A DNA stretch of 60,625 nt from Vitrella brassicaformis CCMP3155 (lineage: Eukaryota > Protista > Chromerida), in contig CDMY01000516.1 of the NCBI GenBank assembly GCA_001179505.1, forward strand, positions 1 to 60,625. The letters run 5' to 3'. Positions 11,780-31,117 of this stretch are shown here, piece by piece. A program made the translations under genes and the position numbers. Within the stretch, counting starts at the first letter, position 1. Every line of letters begins with the position of its first letter. Under the pieces are notes generated by a model, which saw nothing but the letters and a program-made list of their open reading frames with translations, ran no database searches and had not been told where the DNA came from.

Positions 11780-13939
11780 CAATCACATGATGGCACACGC
11801 CTGCCCACAATGCGGGCCGCAGACAGGCACCCCGGTCCCAGGCTCGATGCGGATGCCTTCTATAGCCGTCCATCCCACCACACACGAACAACACACACAA
11901 ACGTGTTTTTATGCATCGTGTGCTCCTTCCCACCCTGCCTGCCTGCCTCCCCTGTTGTCTCTCACCTGAGTCTCTTGCGTGGCGCATGATGATGTCGGTC
12001 TCGTATTGCCGCTGCAGCGAACACAGCTGCACGAGGGGAGGACAGAAATGTAGCACATGCATCCATCCATCCAATGTTTGTTGCGTCTGCCCGCCAGCCA
12101 GTCCTACGCCCATCGCATCGACCCACCTCACCCACCTGATCGTCCAGAAGGCTCTTCTGCGCCGCCAGCCGCTTGTTCTCCTCCTAACTCACGCAAAGCA
12201 GACACCTCCCCTGAGTTGAAATAACAGAAGCGTGATGGTGGTGGCCTACCTCTAGTCTTTGGACACGCTCAGTGAGATTCGATATCTGGTCGGCAGCCAA
12301 CGTGGCCTCCACGCCGGTGAGCGAGTGGCCGTAGGGGTGAGGCTGAGGCGGCCGACGCATCGCTGACTCACTCGGATAAGCACTGCTCACATCACCTGCG
12401 CACCGCACGGACAAACAATATGAAAGACATCATGTGCACGAATGCCCCCTTCTCTTGTTTTCTCCCCTGCCCACCTCCGTACAGCGGCCCATTTGGGGGC
12501 TCAGCTTGTGGCTCCGGCACACCATTGACGCCAGGCAGGCTGTCGGGAGTCGCGGTGCTGCCGCTCGCAGCCCCGCCAGCGTCCACTGCCCTCGCCCCGG
12601 GCCGCCAGGGCACCTCCCATGGCGACGACTGCATGGCTTCGGTGGATGGGGCCACATCTGTCGACGTGCGCGTGCCGAAGACGGTGGATGGGGGCGGCTG
12701 GGGTGTGGTTGTTGACGGGAGTCGGGGCGTGGGCGACACTGACGACTCGAGATTCTGCGGCGCTTCACGGCGCATTGCCATCACTGCAGGCATACAGGAC
12801 GCTCTCAGCTCTGCCGGCGTCCCCTTCCTTTGTGCTCGTGTGTGTGTTGCGTACCAGTGTAGTCGTCAAGGAGTGATGGCAGCGCGGGCAGAGTGGGTGC
12901 GTCGGACCTCATCATGAGGCAGTGGGCGCGGACGGGCTCCACAGGGCTCGTGAAGGATGGGCCGCCCAGGATGGCACCCACATACTGACAGCAGGAAGGA
13001 AGGCATCGACTCATGCACCCACTGGATGATGACGGATCTTGTCTTGTCTGTCGATGCCGATCTGCACTGTTCTCTCTCACCTGTGCGCAGAGCGGTATCG
13101 AATCGAAGTACAAGAAAGCGGCCGCCTGATGATCTGCACACAGGCGCACACAGACATGATGGACGCATGGGATGACTGACGCTTGTGGCTGGCCGTATGT
13201 CAGCACCGACCGTGTCTTCGTCTGGGGTCGAAGAGCAGCGGGAAGAATGACGCAGTGGACGACGGGTCAGCAGCGTTGGTGTTGAAGTACAGGTGCACCA
13301 GCAGCGCCTCAGGGCCACGACTCAGCAGCAGGGACGCATGCCGCCGATACTTGTTGCACACACGAGCTGCACACACACACACACACACAACCATGATGCC
13401 TGCCAAAGCACTCAGTCGGTTAAGGAGCCTTCTCACCAAGCTCGAGAATGATGTTGTGGATGTCCGATGGTCTGGTTTCGAGCGCCTTCTCGACCCGCAG
13501 TGCCACACCGTAGCGAGGCAGCGGGCCCATTAAACCCGTCACATCCGCCTCCTGCACCAGCCACCGACCCAGTCATTCGCTGCTCGCTGCACGTGTGTAT
13601 GCTATGCGTGTGTGTGTGCTTGCCTGCAGGTCGACTCGTATGGCGAGGTCCCGCAGCTGCACGATGGCGTCGGCCACGGTGCTGCTGATATGACGGTCAG
13701 ACTGGAGGTACAGACACGCCTAGACCACCACCAACAACTATGAGTGACGACAACTGCCCCAGCTGCTTTTCCTTCTGTGTGAATGTGTCGCTCGCATTGT
13801 GTGTGTCGTGTGGGTTTGTTTCCCCCCAATCACCTACCTCCATGCAGGCGATTTTGGCTCCCGCAGACGCCCCTCCATGGAACGCGGCACCCTTGGACGC
13901 CTCGACCTTGTATGAGAAACCAGTGGTGCTCCCGGGCAT
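11780..13939 (-). CDS. Hypothetical multi-exon protein with a Ser/Pro-rich middle and a short coiled coil
   Basis: Spliceable exons include GPLPRYGVALRVEKALETRPSDIHNIILEL, RHASLLLSRGPEALLVHLYF, QISNLTERVQRLE and EEENKRLAAQKSLLDDQ. No family recognised; both ends are uncertain. Confidence 0.45.
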
Positions 13940-14087
13940 CGGACTGTCGATATATTGCAGATTCCTCTGCCGCCGTCGCTGGCTGGGGTGGTGGCTGATA
14001 CTTGTGTCCTGGACTTGACAATGTGTGTTTGGTTGCTGAAGCTCCCTCCAAGTCAGACAATTCTGACGCTAAAGTTGTCGTTTCTTG

Positions 14088-16922
14088 ATGATGGAGGATG
14101 TCAACAATGGCTTCAGTGATGACCGTAACAGCGACACTAAAGAAAGGGGCGATCTTCGAGGAAAGAGATGCGAGCTACGGCTGAGTTTTTCCGCCTGGCC
14201 GGTCGGGAGCGCCCTTCCCTGTGTGAAGGGCCGCTCTTCGCTCCCGCATGTTGTGCGCCTTGTGATGTTTAATGGTGAGCCTCTGCCCGATGCGGGACTC
14301 CTCTTCAACTTCTTCTATAGGCCTCCCCCTCCTCCCTTTGGCCCCTTTGGCGTAGCCGTTGGCCCTCCTCAAGCGCCACCCCAGCAGCAGCAAGGTCCTC
14401 AGCACCAGCACCAGCAGCCGGCTAACCCGCCGCACCAGAATGCACACATGGCTGCGATGGCTGGTGCTGCCGGACGGGGCGCTCCCGTTGCGGGGCGTGG
14501 AGCTGGGCGGGGAGGAAGGCGGAGGACGCTGCAGTTCTCACCTGTAGACCCAAACCTAGCTGATGCACTTGACAAGAGTACGGACGGACACGGCGCACAC
14601 AGAGGGGTTGAGGGAGGGGGATGCACGTCACTGCACACTTGCATGCAATGGTTTGATGTGTGTGTGTGTGTGTGTTGCAGTGGAGGAGGATGCGTTCCCC
14701 GGTGAGATGTTGCGTTGCCCCATCACGCTGCAGCCCTTTAAGAAACCCGTCATCACCCCAAGCGGCAACACATACGAGTAATCGGCCATCCATCCGTTCA
14801 TCAGTTAATGGTGTGTCGATGCATGTGTGTGGATGTGTGGATGTGTGTGTGCAGGTACAGTCCTCTGAAGGCCATGATTCGCGAGCAGGGTGCGGCGGTC
14901 GTGTCGCCGCAGACCCGCCAGCCGCTGCGCGAGGAGGACCTCCGCCCCAACCGGTTCGCCATCGACCTCATAGAGCAGTGCGCCAAACATGCATGTCATG
15001 ATTCATCACCCAATGCTCACACGCAAAGAAGAGGGAGCCGTTTGTCAGACACTCATGCGTGTGTTATGTGTGTATGCCTCTGTATCTCAGAGTGTGAAGC
15101 AGCAGCAGCTGATCGCAGAGCTGGAGGCCGCCAAGGCGAAGGCGGCTAAGGAGGCTAAGGAGGCTGCAGCTGCTTCGAGTGCGGCTGCTGCTGCTGCAGC
15201 TGCACCAGCAGGCGGGGCGCCGTCGAAGGGACCCATTAGAATGGGCGGAATTGAATTCGACCCCGATCGTAAGCCGACCTCCCGCTCCAACACAAAGAAC
15301 AAAGGGTGGCCTCTTTGTGGTTGTGTGATGCTTCAGTCTTCGATGTGGAGGATGACGAGGAGCTGGGCCGGGAGCTATTTGGCCGGGAGGTGCGTCGAGG
15401 GGGCCTGAGTGAGCTGTGGGACGGGTATAAGGACAGCATTGTGACCAAGTATCAAGACCTCGAGGCCGACCACAAGATCGTAGACTCGGTGAGAGAAGAG
15501 ATGAATGGAATGGAATGCACACACAGACGACGGAGACAGAGCAACACGGGTGGCATGGCCCCCATTGCCCTGAGGTCTGTGTGTGTGTGGATGGTTCTCG
15601 CGCCTGTGTGTCAGTTCTTCGGCGACAAGCGCATGGACCAGCGCGACGTGATCAAATGGCACGAGGCGCAGACCAGGAAACACAGCAAAATGAAAATCGA
15701 GGTATGCCATCCATCCATCCATCCATTGATCCACACCCCAAACACCCACACCTCTTTCCCCGTGCGCCTGCATATTTTGATGGTTCAATCCCTTCAGCTC
15801 AAGCGCTGCCGCGAGTTGCTCTCCCGCGGCTTCGAGCAGCTAATGGTGGACTGGCTCAACGACTACGTGCGCAAGAGGCAGGAGGAGGAGGCCGAGCAGC
15901 AGGCAGCCGCAGCGCCGCCACCCCCGCCCCCGCCCCGGCCCCCAGCCCCCGCCCCTCGCACACACCCGACCATCCTGGACGTGCAAAACTACCAGCCCTC
16001 ACAAGTGACAGAGCTACACATCGGTACGAGTGGGCGGGGAGGAGAGGGAGAGAGGGACGGTTGGGTGGATGGCGGAGTGTCTGTGCGTGTGTCGATCCGT
16101 TCTGCGTGTGTGCGTGTGCAGAGACATGGTGGGTGATGATCGGCTTTAGCGATGAGGCTGACCTGTCGTTCCAGCACTTTGCTGAGGAGTTGGGCGCCAC
16201 GGAGGTGCCGGTCATCCACCTGGCGTATGCCAAGGTGCTGCAGGGGTGGGTCACCGCGAACATGTCGCAAAACTCCACTAGCATCGCCCAAGAGGTAGGC
16301 GGCGACAACACGCAACACATCCATCAAACCATCCATCCCACCATGTGTCTGTGTGTCGGCACGCCAGTCGCTCAAGTCGGCTCTGGTGCCGTTCGATCTC
16401 ATTCGTGCCGTGGAAATCATAGCTTCTCTGGCCGCTCTGGTGGGGCAGTCCCGGACCTTCCAGCTCATGAGACCGTCGCTCGACGCCCTGCCGCCGGAGA
16501 GCATCCGGTCGCTCGCGCATCTTCTTCGCACGCACGCCCCGCAGTACGCGGCTCTCATAGCTTACGTACGTAAGCGGGCGGGCGCCTCCCACACACAAAG
16601 ACAAAGACAAAGAATGCAAGAAGATCTCCTACTCCTCTGTCTGTCTCCTTCTCAGCTGGCTGATGAGGTGTTTCTGCCCGGTGATGCTGAGGATCCCCAC
16701 CAGGCTCCAGCAGCTGCAGCAGCAGCTGCGGCAGCTGCTGCGGCCCCGGCTCAGGCATCCCCTGTCCAACCCCCTCCTCAGACCCACACCAACACCCACA
16801 CCAACACCCAGGCCGCCGCCGCGAAGAGGCGCAAGGTGACGCGTCGCGTCATCAACACATTTGACGCGTATCTCGTGCTGGATGCCTTCTCCGCCATCTT
16901 CACGCGGCACTTCCAGACCTGA
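14088..16922 (+). CDS. U-box domain protein (putative E3 ligase), multi-exon
   Basis: LRCPITLQPFKKPVITPSGNTYE|YSPLKAMIREQG..SPQTRQPLREEDLRPNRFAIDLIEQ is a U-box. It is followed by an Ala-rich coiled coil and unrecognised helical regions. Stop at 16922; the start is uncertain. Confidence 0.8.
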
Positions 16923-17739
16923 CAGACAGCTGGCGTGTTGAAGGTGAGAAGGGAAAGGCCACAACAAGAAGGGAAAGGTGCCTGTTGTGGATTGTTGTTG
17001 TGTCTCGGTCAGGAAGGCGGTCTGTTAGCGAGTGTTGGCTGGTTGGCTGCGGCGGCTGCTGTGGGTGTGTGCTGTATGCTGGATGCGCTGCCGTGCTGAT
17101 GTGATGACTCGACGGACTGACTGGCTGAATCGATGACGTGGGTGGGTGGATGGATGGATGGATGGCCGGCTGCGTGACTGTATATTAGGAGGCGTATGCG
17201 ATGAATGGATGGATCGATGGTCGAGACATGCGCAAGTCTGTCTGTCTGGCTGATTGAGGGGCGGGCCGAGACAGACACACGTATATCGGTGTCGATAAAT
17301 CAAGGCACGATTGAATGGAGAATCGCTAGAATCGTTTGCCTGGTTGGTCGTTGGATGGGAAAGGCCTCAGAAGGTCGCTCACATGGCTATACTTGCCGCG
17401 ATAAATGCATTGACACAGCCATTAACCCCCCCACGCATCCACGCTTCATGTAGGTCGTTCACCCCCATCCGTATCTGTGCTCTGTTCTGTGTGTGTCGAC
17501 ATTCAAAAAGCCCGTAGTACATCCATCCAGAATACCCCATGGACGCATTCGTCCCATGCAGCTGTCCCTGCACACCCGGGAACGCCAAAACCCGGTGTGC
17601 ATGATAGCAGTGGTGGTAGTGTGAATCGATATAGTATGGTGGCATGGCCAGCTCTCAGAACATGCCGTCAGCAGATAGATGGATGGATGGATGGAGGCGC
17701 AACAGATGGCACCCCGTGGGGGGGGGGGGGGGGGTTGGG

Positions 17740-18039
17740 NNNNNNNNNNNNNNNNNNNNNNNNNNNNNNNNNNNNNNNNNNNNNNNNNNNNNNNNNNNNN
17801 NNNNNNNNNNNNNNNNNNNNNNNNNNNNNNNNNNNNNNNNNNNNNNNNNNNNNNNNNNNNNNNNNNNNNNNNNNNNNNNNNNNNNNNNNNNNNNNNNNNN
17901 NNNNNNNNNNNNNNNNNNNNNNNNNNNNNNNNNNNNNNNNNNNNNNNNNNNNNNNNNNNNNNNNNNNNNNNNNNNNNNNNNNNNNNNNNNNNNNNNNNNN
18001 NNNNNNNNNNNNNNNNNNNNNNNNNNNNNNNNNNNNNNN
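17740..18039. other. Assembly gap (300 N)
   Basis: N run flanked by poly-G. Confidence 1.
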
Positions 18040-18578
18040 GGGGGGGGGGGGGGGGGTTGGGATGTGTCTGTCTTGTCTGCTTATGCATCAGCTATCTATC
18101 TTGATCACCACTATAGGACACCGAAAAACATCAGCAGCTGGGCTGCTTTCGCTGCGCCGATACGCACAGTCTCAGTCTGTGTGGGCCGTTCCGTTCAGAC
18201 ACCCATGCAATCAATCAATGCACGAAACAAGAACACTAGGCTGCCTAGACCCCGCCAGTCCGCCCACCGCATGAATTGCCGTGAGCTGCTTGGCTAATTC
18301 ACACCTGCTTTCATTCAATCACTCAGTACGCAGCCAGGCGGCTGGCGCACACACACACACAGAGAGAGAGGCCTGGATGCGATAGACGAGACCCAACTAC
18401 TAATTGCACCTCGGCAACCATTACCCACTCACCCACAGCTGAGTATGCAGCTAAAGGAGCTCAATCGCTCCCGCCCTCCCGGGAGTGTGAGCCAGACCAC
18501 TTTATGGATGCCTGTGTGTGTGTGTGTGTGTAGTATGCCCGATGAACAGGTCAGTCAGTCAGGAAGGCAGTCAGGCTG

Positions 18579-21500
18579 TCACGACGTGAGGAAGTGGCCC
18601 TTTGTTCCGCTATGATGGTCGCCCCACCGCCTCTCCCGCAGGAGCTTGGCCTCCGCTGCGGTCGTGAGGATCTGCATCGCCACGTGGGGGCCGCACGACT
18701 GAACCAGACGCAAGAACGAACCTGATCCCAATCCATGGATGGATCCACACACCGACACACAGAGACGAGACGAAGCACACTCGGTGAGGAGGAGACACAA
18801 GCGTGCTTCCGTCTGCCTGCATCCTATCCTCTTGCATGCCTGGCCGTTTGTTGAATTCGTGTTCCCTCGGCGCTGTCAGCAGGTCGTAAGGCGCCCCCAC
18901 CTCCACCACACGACCCGCGTCCATCACAACCACCTGCACACAACACACAACACACACCACACCACACGCCGCGGCCATCAAGGATCCATCGATTCACACC
19001 TCTGTCTGCCATTCACTCCAGCCGTGCAAACTCACTCACCTTGTCGTAGTCAGCGATGGTCTGCAGCCGATGTGCGATCGTCAGGAGGGTGCAGTCGCGG
19101 AACGCCGCCCTCACTGTGTGCTGCACAAAGTCGTCCGTCGCCCGGTCGACTGATGCGGTGGCCTCGTCCATGACCAGCACCTTCGGGCGACACAGCAGCG
19201 CCCTCGCCAGACACAGCAGCTGCCGCTCGCCCAGCGAGAAGTTGCTCCCGCCCTCCTGCACCGGCATGGCCAGCATCGCGGTGTGCGCCCTGACCAATTT
19301 GTCGAGCCTAGCGCGGCTGAGTGCCCGCCAGACATCCTCGTCCGAGTGCTGGTCGAAGGGATCGAGGTTCGACCTGACAGTGCCGCTGAAGATGATGGGG
19401 TCCTGCGTGATGATGCAGATGCCCCCGTGCCGCCCCCTGACGTCCTCGCGCCTCAACGTGCCGATGTCCACACCGTCGACCAGGATGCCGCTCCCCTCAC
19501 CGAGCTCACTCCACGGCTCCACGAGCCGGAACAGCGCTACGGCGACAGACGACTTGCCGGCGCCAGTCCGCCCCACCAATGCGACCCTTTCGCCTCCCTC
19601 AATGGACAGCCATAGCCCCCGCAGCGCCCTCGGTAGGCCCGGGCGGTAGCGCAGGCACGTGCCGCGGAACTCGATGGCGCCATTGGATGGCCATCCGGTG
19701 GGGGCGGTGGTGGTCTTGTCTGTCGGCTGGTTGTAGCATGGCTCCTCGGGCAGCTGGCTGTACTCGTCGATGCGCTCCACCTGCCGTGGAAAATACATGA
19801 GGAAGGAGGTGTGTGGGTGGCGGAGTGGGGCGGGGGAATGGGTACCGACCGATGTCATGGCGGCTTCGAATTGTGGTGTGTAGATGCAGAGGTAGTTGGT
19901 CGACACACTCAGGTTGAGCACCCACACCAACACAAGACCAACCAGACCTGCACACACATAGAAAGATGTCGACACACATTCGCGCCTCTCCTCCCCTCCT
20001 CCCCCACCCCTCCTGCCTGCCTACCCTACCTCCTGTGAGGTCTTCCCGCACGATCCAGATGAGCACAGCCGCCCCCAGCGAGATGATGGCGCCGATGCTC
20101 TCCACCCGCACCCCCAGCCACCGATTAGCCGAGTTGAAGCAGAACACCGCCCTCGTGTTGTTGTCCGTGTGCTCGTCGCACCGCACAGCGAACCGCTCGC
20201 CGCACCCATAGGCCCGCAGGCACTGCAGGCCGTCGAGGCTCTCGGCCACGTGTGACTGCAGGGGGCTGCGCGAGACCGAATCGAGCCTTTGGAGGTCGCG
20301 TATGGACGACCGTGAGTACTGCAGCAGTTGCCAGTAGAAGAAGGCCATGGGGGCCATGACTAGCAGCATCCACGGCCACAGCACCACGAGCAGCACCAGC
20401 ACACCTGCCGTCAGCTGCAGAGCACAAGACAACACAACACACCACACACAAGGATAGCAGGCAGTGGCAAGCGACCGTCGTGCAGTGAGTGCTGCCCATC
20501 CCATGTGAACCTACCCAGAAGAGTGAGGCCACGAAAGGGATCATTTTGGTGACGAGTGTGACGTCGGCGGTCTCGGTGTCGTATGAGAAGCGGTTGACGA
20601 TGCGGCCGATGGGCGTCGTGTCGAAGAACGACTGGGGGCACCTCAGGCAGCTCTGCAACAGCTTCCGGAACATGTGCCTGCCATGCCGTCAAGGAAGGTG
20701 GCACCCGCCCACACACACAGAGAGGCATCACGTAGGCAGACAGACGTGGATTACACACAGAAGAGGCAGGCCCCAACCTCTGCACCCACCTCGACGCGCG
20801 GATGGTGAAGAGGGCGAATAGTGACGTTCTGATGAAGACGACGACGGCGTTTGATGCGAATATGGCGCAGTAGATGGCGAGGTAGATGTTGACGTCGCTG
20901 GCGATGGGGTCCTCCCTCGTCCAGTGAGCCAACCATATGTCAGAACCAACATAACTCGCCCTGCAAACAGAAAGAACCCAGAAAGCAGTGTCTCAGCATT
21001 GGGTCAGGGGCGTGGTTGGTGTGAGGAGCATACCGTTCGAGTATGAGCGCCACAGTGATGGAGATGACCCAGGTGATGCCGCCCGCAGCCGCCAAGTAGC
21101 GACTGATCACACCCCATGACACCTCTCCCTGATAAAACACACACCCATACAAAGAGGAATATGGGTCTCTCACCCACACAAGACGCCACGAGGCGCGTCG
21201 CTCACCGATTCCCTGCTCTCTTCCTCCATCAGCTGATCGCCCCCCTCCACATCATCTCCCCCGTCAGACACCACCGCTGGCTTCTCGCTCTCCCGCCGTC
21301 TGCTCTTCTTCCAGCTGTCGGCCTGGCCCTTCCCCGCCCCAAGTATGCTCCTGCAGACCTCCGTAAAGCTCCGCTGCCCCTTGTAGTGGCCTCTGAGGTA
21401 CTTGCTGAAGGTGCTGGTGCGTATGAGTGACAGGCTCGGCACGGCCTCCTTCGGCAAGGTGACGGGGAAGGCGATGGGGATAGCTCGGTCCGCCTGCTCG

Positions 21501-22846
21501 GCTGCACTTGATGCTGCCGTGGCTGCGTTGTCGTCAGATGGCTGCCGGTGGCTTCTTTTCCCTCCGCCCGGAGACTCATCAGGTTCCTGGTGTTTCCCGT
21601 CATCTCGCGCCATCTCTCTCGGCTGGTCGATGTGGACCTCCAGCGCGACGGCCGCCTCGCTGGTGCTGCAGGACGCTCCACCTTCAGGCTCGCCCTCATG
21701 CTCCCTCTCAGGCTCGGCCCTCCTGGGTGTGGAGATGCCAAACAGTCCGTCTGCCGCCTCGTTGGCCATCTTGACGGCCACACTCTTGACCCACATCTGC
21801 TCATCATCCTCAATCCCAGTACCTAGACCGCAGTCGTCTCCCACACCCACACCCACACCGAGCTCGTGGACGTCAGGCAGCTCGTCGATGACGACTCTGG
21901 AGGCGGCAATGCTGAGCCCGTCGAGGGCCTCTTCAGTGGGGTAGGGGGAGGTCGGGCTCGTGGCCGCGGTGGACGCGTTGCGAACGGGGGAATAGGACGA
22001 CGTCTCGATCATCGTGGGTGTGGAGTCATGGTGGTCCTTCTTGGAAGGGATGAGCAGGGGGGTGTGATCGCCTTTGTTGCCAGTGGTGTCATGGGGGTCT
22101 GGTGAGGGCTTCTGCTGCTGGAGATGGGGATGGGGATGGGAGGGCCGCTGGAGGTCTTGCAGCTCCTTGAGTAGGTTGACGACGGCGGGCTTCTGGCTCT
22201 CGACCAGCCCCTGTCTGCTGCCGCTGTAGGCCATGTGGCCGTTCTCCGTCAAGACCAGCACAAAGTCACTGCCTTCGGTGTACTGGAACTGCACACACAC
22301 GCCAGCACAGCAGAGCGACAAGAGAGTGTGGTCAAAGGTGAGCAACGTTCCTGCAGGCTTGTATGCATGGCGGTGTGTCTGACCTGGTTGGTGACGAGCA
22401 GCACTGCCTTCGTCTGATCCCTTCTCAGCAGGCCCTGCGGCCCCAGCAAGGCGTCGAACACCGCTGAACCCGTGTGGGCGTCGAGTGCACTGACCAGTCA
22501 GACAGACAGCGACAGATGCCCATAATGGACATGGGCGCCGTCTGTCTGCCTCACACATGCAAGAACGCACCTGAATGGATCGTCGAGGAGGAAGACGTCG
22601 CGGTCCGAGTTGACGGCACGCGCCAGACTGCAAGCAGTGCACACACACGACGTCGACGTCATGTCATTCGCACACACACACACACACAGAGCACCCGACC
22701 CGCGCCCATACCTAATGCGCTGCTTCTGGCCGCCGGACATGGTGATGCCTCTCTCGCCGATCATGGTGCGATCGCCAGCTGGGAGCTGCCTCAGGTCAGA
22801 ATGCAGCTGACACGCCTCAAGCACCCTCAGATACCGACACTGCACA

Positions 22847-22877
<31 letters not shown>

Positions 22878-24347
22878 GCCAGGCAGGCAGCCAGGAAGGG
22901 GGTGCGTCAACCGATCCCCTCTCTCCGTCATAGTGTCAGCGGCTCACCTGGTCCATCTCGCTCCCGAAGAGGATGTTGTCCTTGACGGAGGCGTTGAGGA
23001 TCCACGCCTGCAGGCAATGTAACACACGACACGCCGCTTTGCTTTCTTCTCTCTCGGTGCGTTGGGTGTCTGCTGCCTTACTGTCTGTGGGACGTAGGTC
23101 ATCTTGGTCTCCCTCCGGACGCCGTATGACCCGCCCGTCAGCGGCACGTCTCCTAGGAGAGCCTGCAGCAACGACGACTTGCCACTACCTGTAACATCAC
23201 ACACACATGCGCTGCCTGCCTGATGGTGTGGGTGTGGTGCAGATCTGCACCAGACTCACTCACCGACAGGCCCGACGACGGCCACGAAGCTCCCCCTCAT
23301 GAGTTTCATCTGCACCTTGCTCAGCGTGCCGTCGCGGTCGAAGTTCTTGCTGCCTCTCCCGATGCCCGCCTTGACCATCCCCTCCTCGCCCCTCCGCTTG
23401 CCCCCCTTGCTGTCCGTCGGCTGGGGGGCGCCGCCGCTCACAGACCAGTCGAATGACGCCTGGTTGAAGGCGATGAGGGGCTGCTGGTCGGCGTAGGGGT
23501 CGCCGGGCGATGTGGCCATGTCCTTCAGCATCGGCACGGGCCTCCTGTCGGGCCGGTCGAGGAACACCTGGATGCGCCTGAGATGGACAGACAGGCAGAC
23601 AACAGACAGACAAGGTGCGCTTGTTTGTGTGTATGTATGTATGTGTGTGTGTGAGGGTTTGCAAACTATTCCTCACTTGACAGCGATGAGCACTTGCACG
23701 AGTGAGGTGAGGACCGACCCAAGCTGCATGAGGGGGAACCTCAAGACGGAGAAGAAGGCCACAGCCGTGAAGGCGCGGGACGCCGTCAGGTCACCACCTT
23801 TCTCCGACACAAGACAAGACAGACACGCGATCAGGTGGTTCCAGGGCTGCTCCTCCTGTGCCTTGTGCCCTACCGATGACGACGAACACGGCGATGCTCG
23901 CCGCCACGGCAAACACCGGCAGCACCAGCAGGCAGTACAGAGACGACGCAAACAGGAAGGTAAACCTGCATGGCATCGCATCGATGTCATGTCGATGCAT
24001 CAGTGACGCAACAAAGACATCCATGCATTGCAATGCATCCCCCCTTTTGTCTGTCTGTCTGGCTGTCCGTCCGTCGGTTTGCTGACCGACCGTTTGATGT
24101 AGAAGAGCTCCTTCTCCCTGAGTGTGAGTATCTGTCTGGTGAACTTCTTCTCCCACGACATATACTTGACCACACGTATTCCCGCGAGCACCTCGCTGCA
24201 GAGCTTGACCCGCCGGTCCGACACCTCCATCTGCCGCGTGCGGCACCGCTGCATCGCGTCGTTGATCCACCACGATACCGGTGCCATCAGTGCCAATCTG
24301 ATGTTGTGACAGAGACCAAGGGAGGGAGGGAGAGTGGTGTGGTGTGA

Positions 24348-24386
<39 letters not shown>

Positions 24387-25724
24387 AGGTTACATGAAGA
24401 TGCCGACGAGAGCCGCGTAGCCGAGCAGGTCGAATAAGAAATACGTGGCCAGCATTATCTGCGCGGGGGCCGCCCACACCTGGGTGTCACGGTGACACAC
24501 ACACACACACACACACACACATATGAACACACGCATGAGACATGCAGCCATTTTTGGCTAGATGTGTGTAGCCACCCGCCTGGTTGAGCAGAGGGAGGCA
24601 GATAAGGAACTGAGTGGTGTCAGTGGAGAGGATGTTGATCACACTCACGGACGCAAAAGCACTGCTCCTTCCCCGCTTGCCGCCGCCACCACCCCGCCCC
24701 TGGTCTGCCGTCCTGCTGCTGCCGCTACCGTAACCGCCACCATCAGCAAGAGCCGCCGACGGGGCAACCGTCAAAGCTGCATGCAGGCACACAGCACACA
24801 GACAACACACACGGAGGGAGGTGTGTGAGGGCTCTTACGTTTCGCCTAGATTGGTTGGTAGCTGAGCTGCCGACTGACAGACCTTTCCTGAAGACGAGTG
24901 CGATGGTGGTCGACCTGAGCCTCTGTCCGACGTGGAATGAGAAGTGCAGCTGCAGCTGGTTGGCGATGCCACCAGTCAGGGTGCAGGCAAACAGGCCGAT
25001 GGCCAGCCACAAAATGGTCCCGCCACTGTACCGATCCTCCACGGCCCTGCAGCCACGGTCCGTGGCACACACAGACGAGGGAGGGGGAGTGAGGGAAAGG
25101 CAGAGTACACTACTGGCCAGTAAAGCGTTGATTAATTATTCTTTTCCTCACTCAATCAGCCACCGGAAGACAATGGGAGTCAGCAACTGGGCGCTCACCC
25201 TATTGTCACACCACACACACAGAGAGAGATGTCAGGTCAGCCACCAATCGACGTGTCACGTTAGGGCCGTTCGTCCAGTACCACAGCATCATAAATATCC
25301 CGGCGCCCACAAACTCGCTGGCGTTCTGCCGGATGAACGCGGCTCCCACCGACAGCCCTTGCTGCGCACCGCAGATAGTCACACACACACGCACACACAC
25401 ACACAGACACAGGCGGAAAGCACCCATTGTGAGTCGCACAACTGAATCCACGGGCTCAGGCAAGTTTTTTGACCTTCCTCATTTGCAGGAATTCCTCCAG
25501 CAGGACGGCCGTCTTATCGCCAGTCGGCATCTCAAGCAAATCTGACACACACGACACACAAGTACACCGACGCCCTGCTGTGCAAGCGACCAGTGTCTTT
25601 GCTTCCTGACTTTTTTCTCACCATCGGCGCTCAGTTTGTTCTTCCTCCCCGCCCTCAGCAGTGGCCCCAGCCACGAGAACAGCGGATCCACGGGCAGCCG
25701 CGCAAACACTCTCTCTTTCGACAT
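18579..25724 (-). CDS. ABCC: ABC transporter subfamily C (MRP-like, no TMD0), many exons
   Basis: N-terminus [16 protein letters not shown]1: [31 protein letters not shown]2: [38 protein letters not shown]2: [41 protein letters not shown]. Confidence 0.96.
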
Positions 25725-26037
25725 GATACCAACACCAAAGTCAGATCGCCGTCTGCACGGCACACGGCAGGCACACCATCTGGGGGGAAGACAAAAACCA
25801 AAACCGCCCTCTCTCGAGAAAGCTAAGCTCGCAGGCCGTGCGAGCTAAATTGAATTCGCTTCTCCCCCAGTCCCCCTTGAGGGCTTCCGACGCTCCCGGA
25901 GCATCGAGAAGGACGGCATCCTCGCCAATCAGAGAAGAAAAACGAGACAGCGAGGATGGCGGGGCGCTGAGGATCCGGTTCGACGCAGCTGGTAGAGTTT
26001 CGTTCGTCGAGTTCCGGGAGGCCTCCACACTCATCCG

Positions 26038-31117
<5,080 letters not shown>

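Noticed and set aside
17715-18060. Poly-G/C runs beside three of the four gaps as G-quadruplex elements or element termini
   Set aside because: Homopolymers commonly break short-read assemblies, and their true length and context are unknown.
17459-18297. Long ORFs containing X runs (also at 35352-35994, 36679-37620, 46800-47382)
   Set aside because: Artefacts of translating through 300-N gaps.
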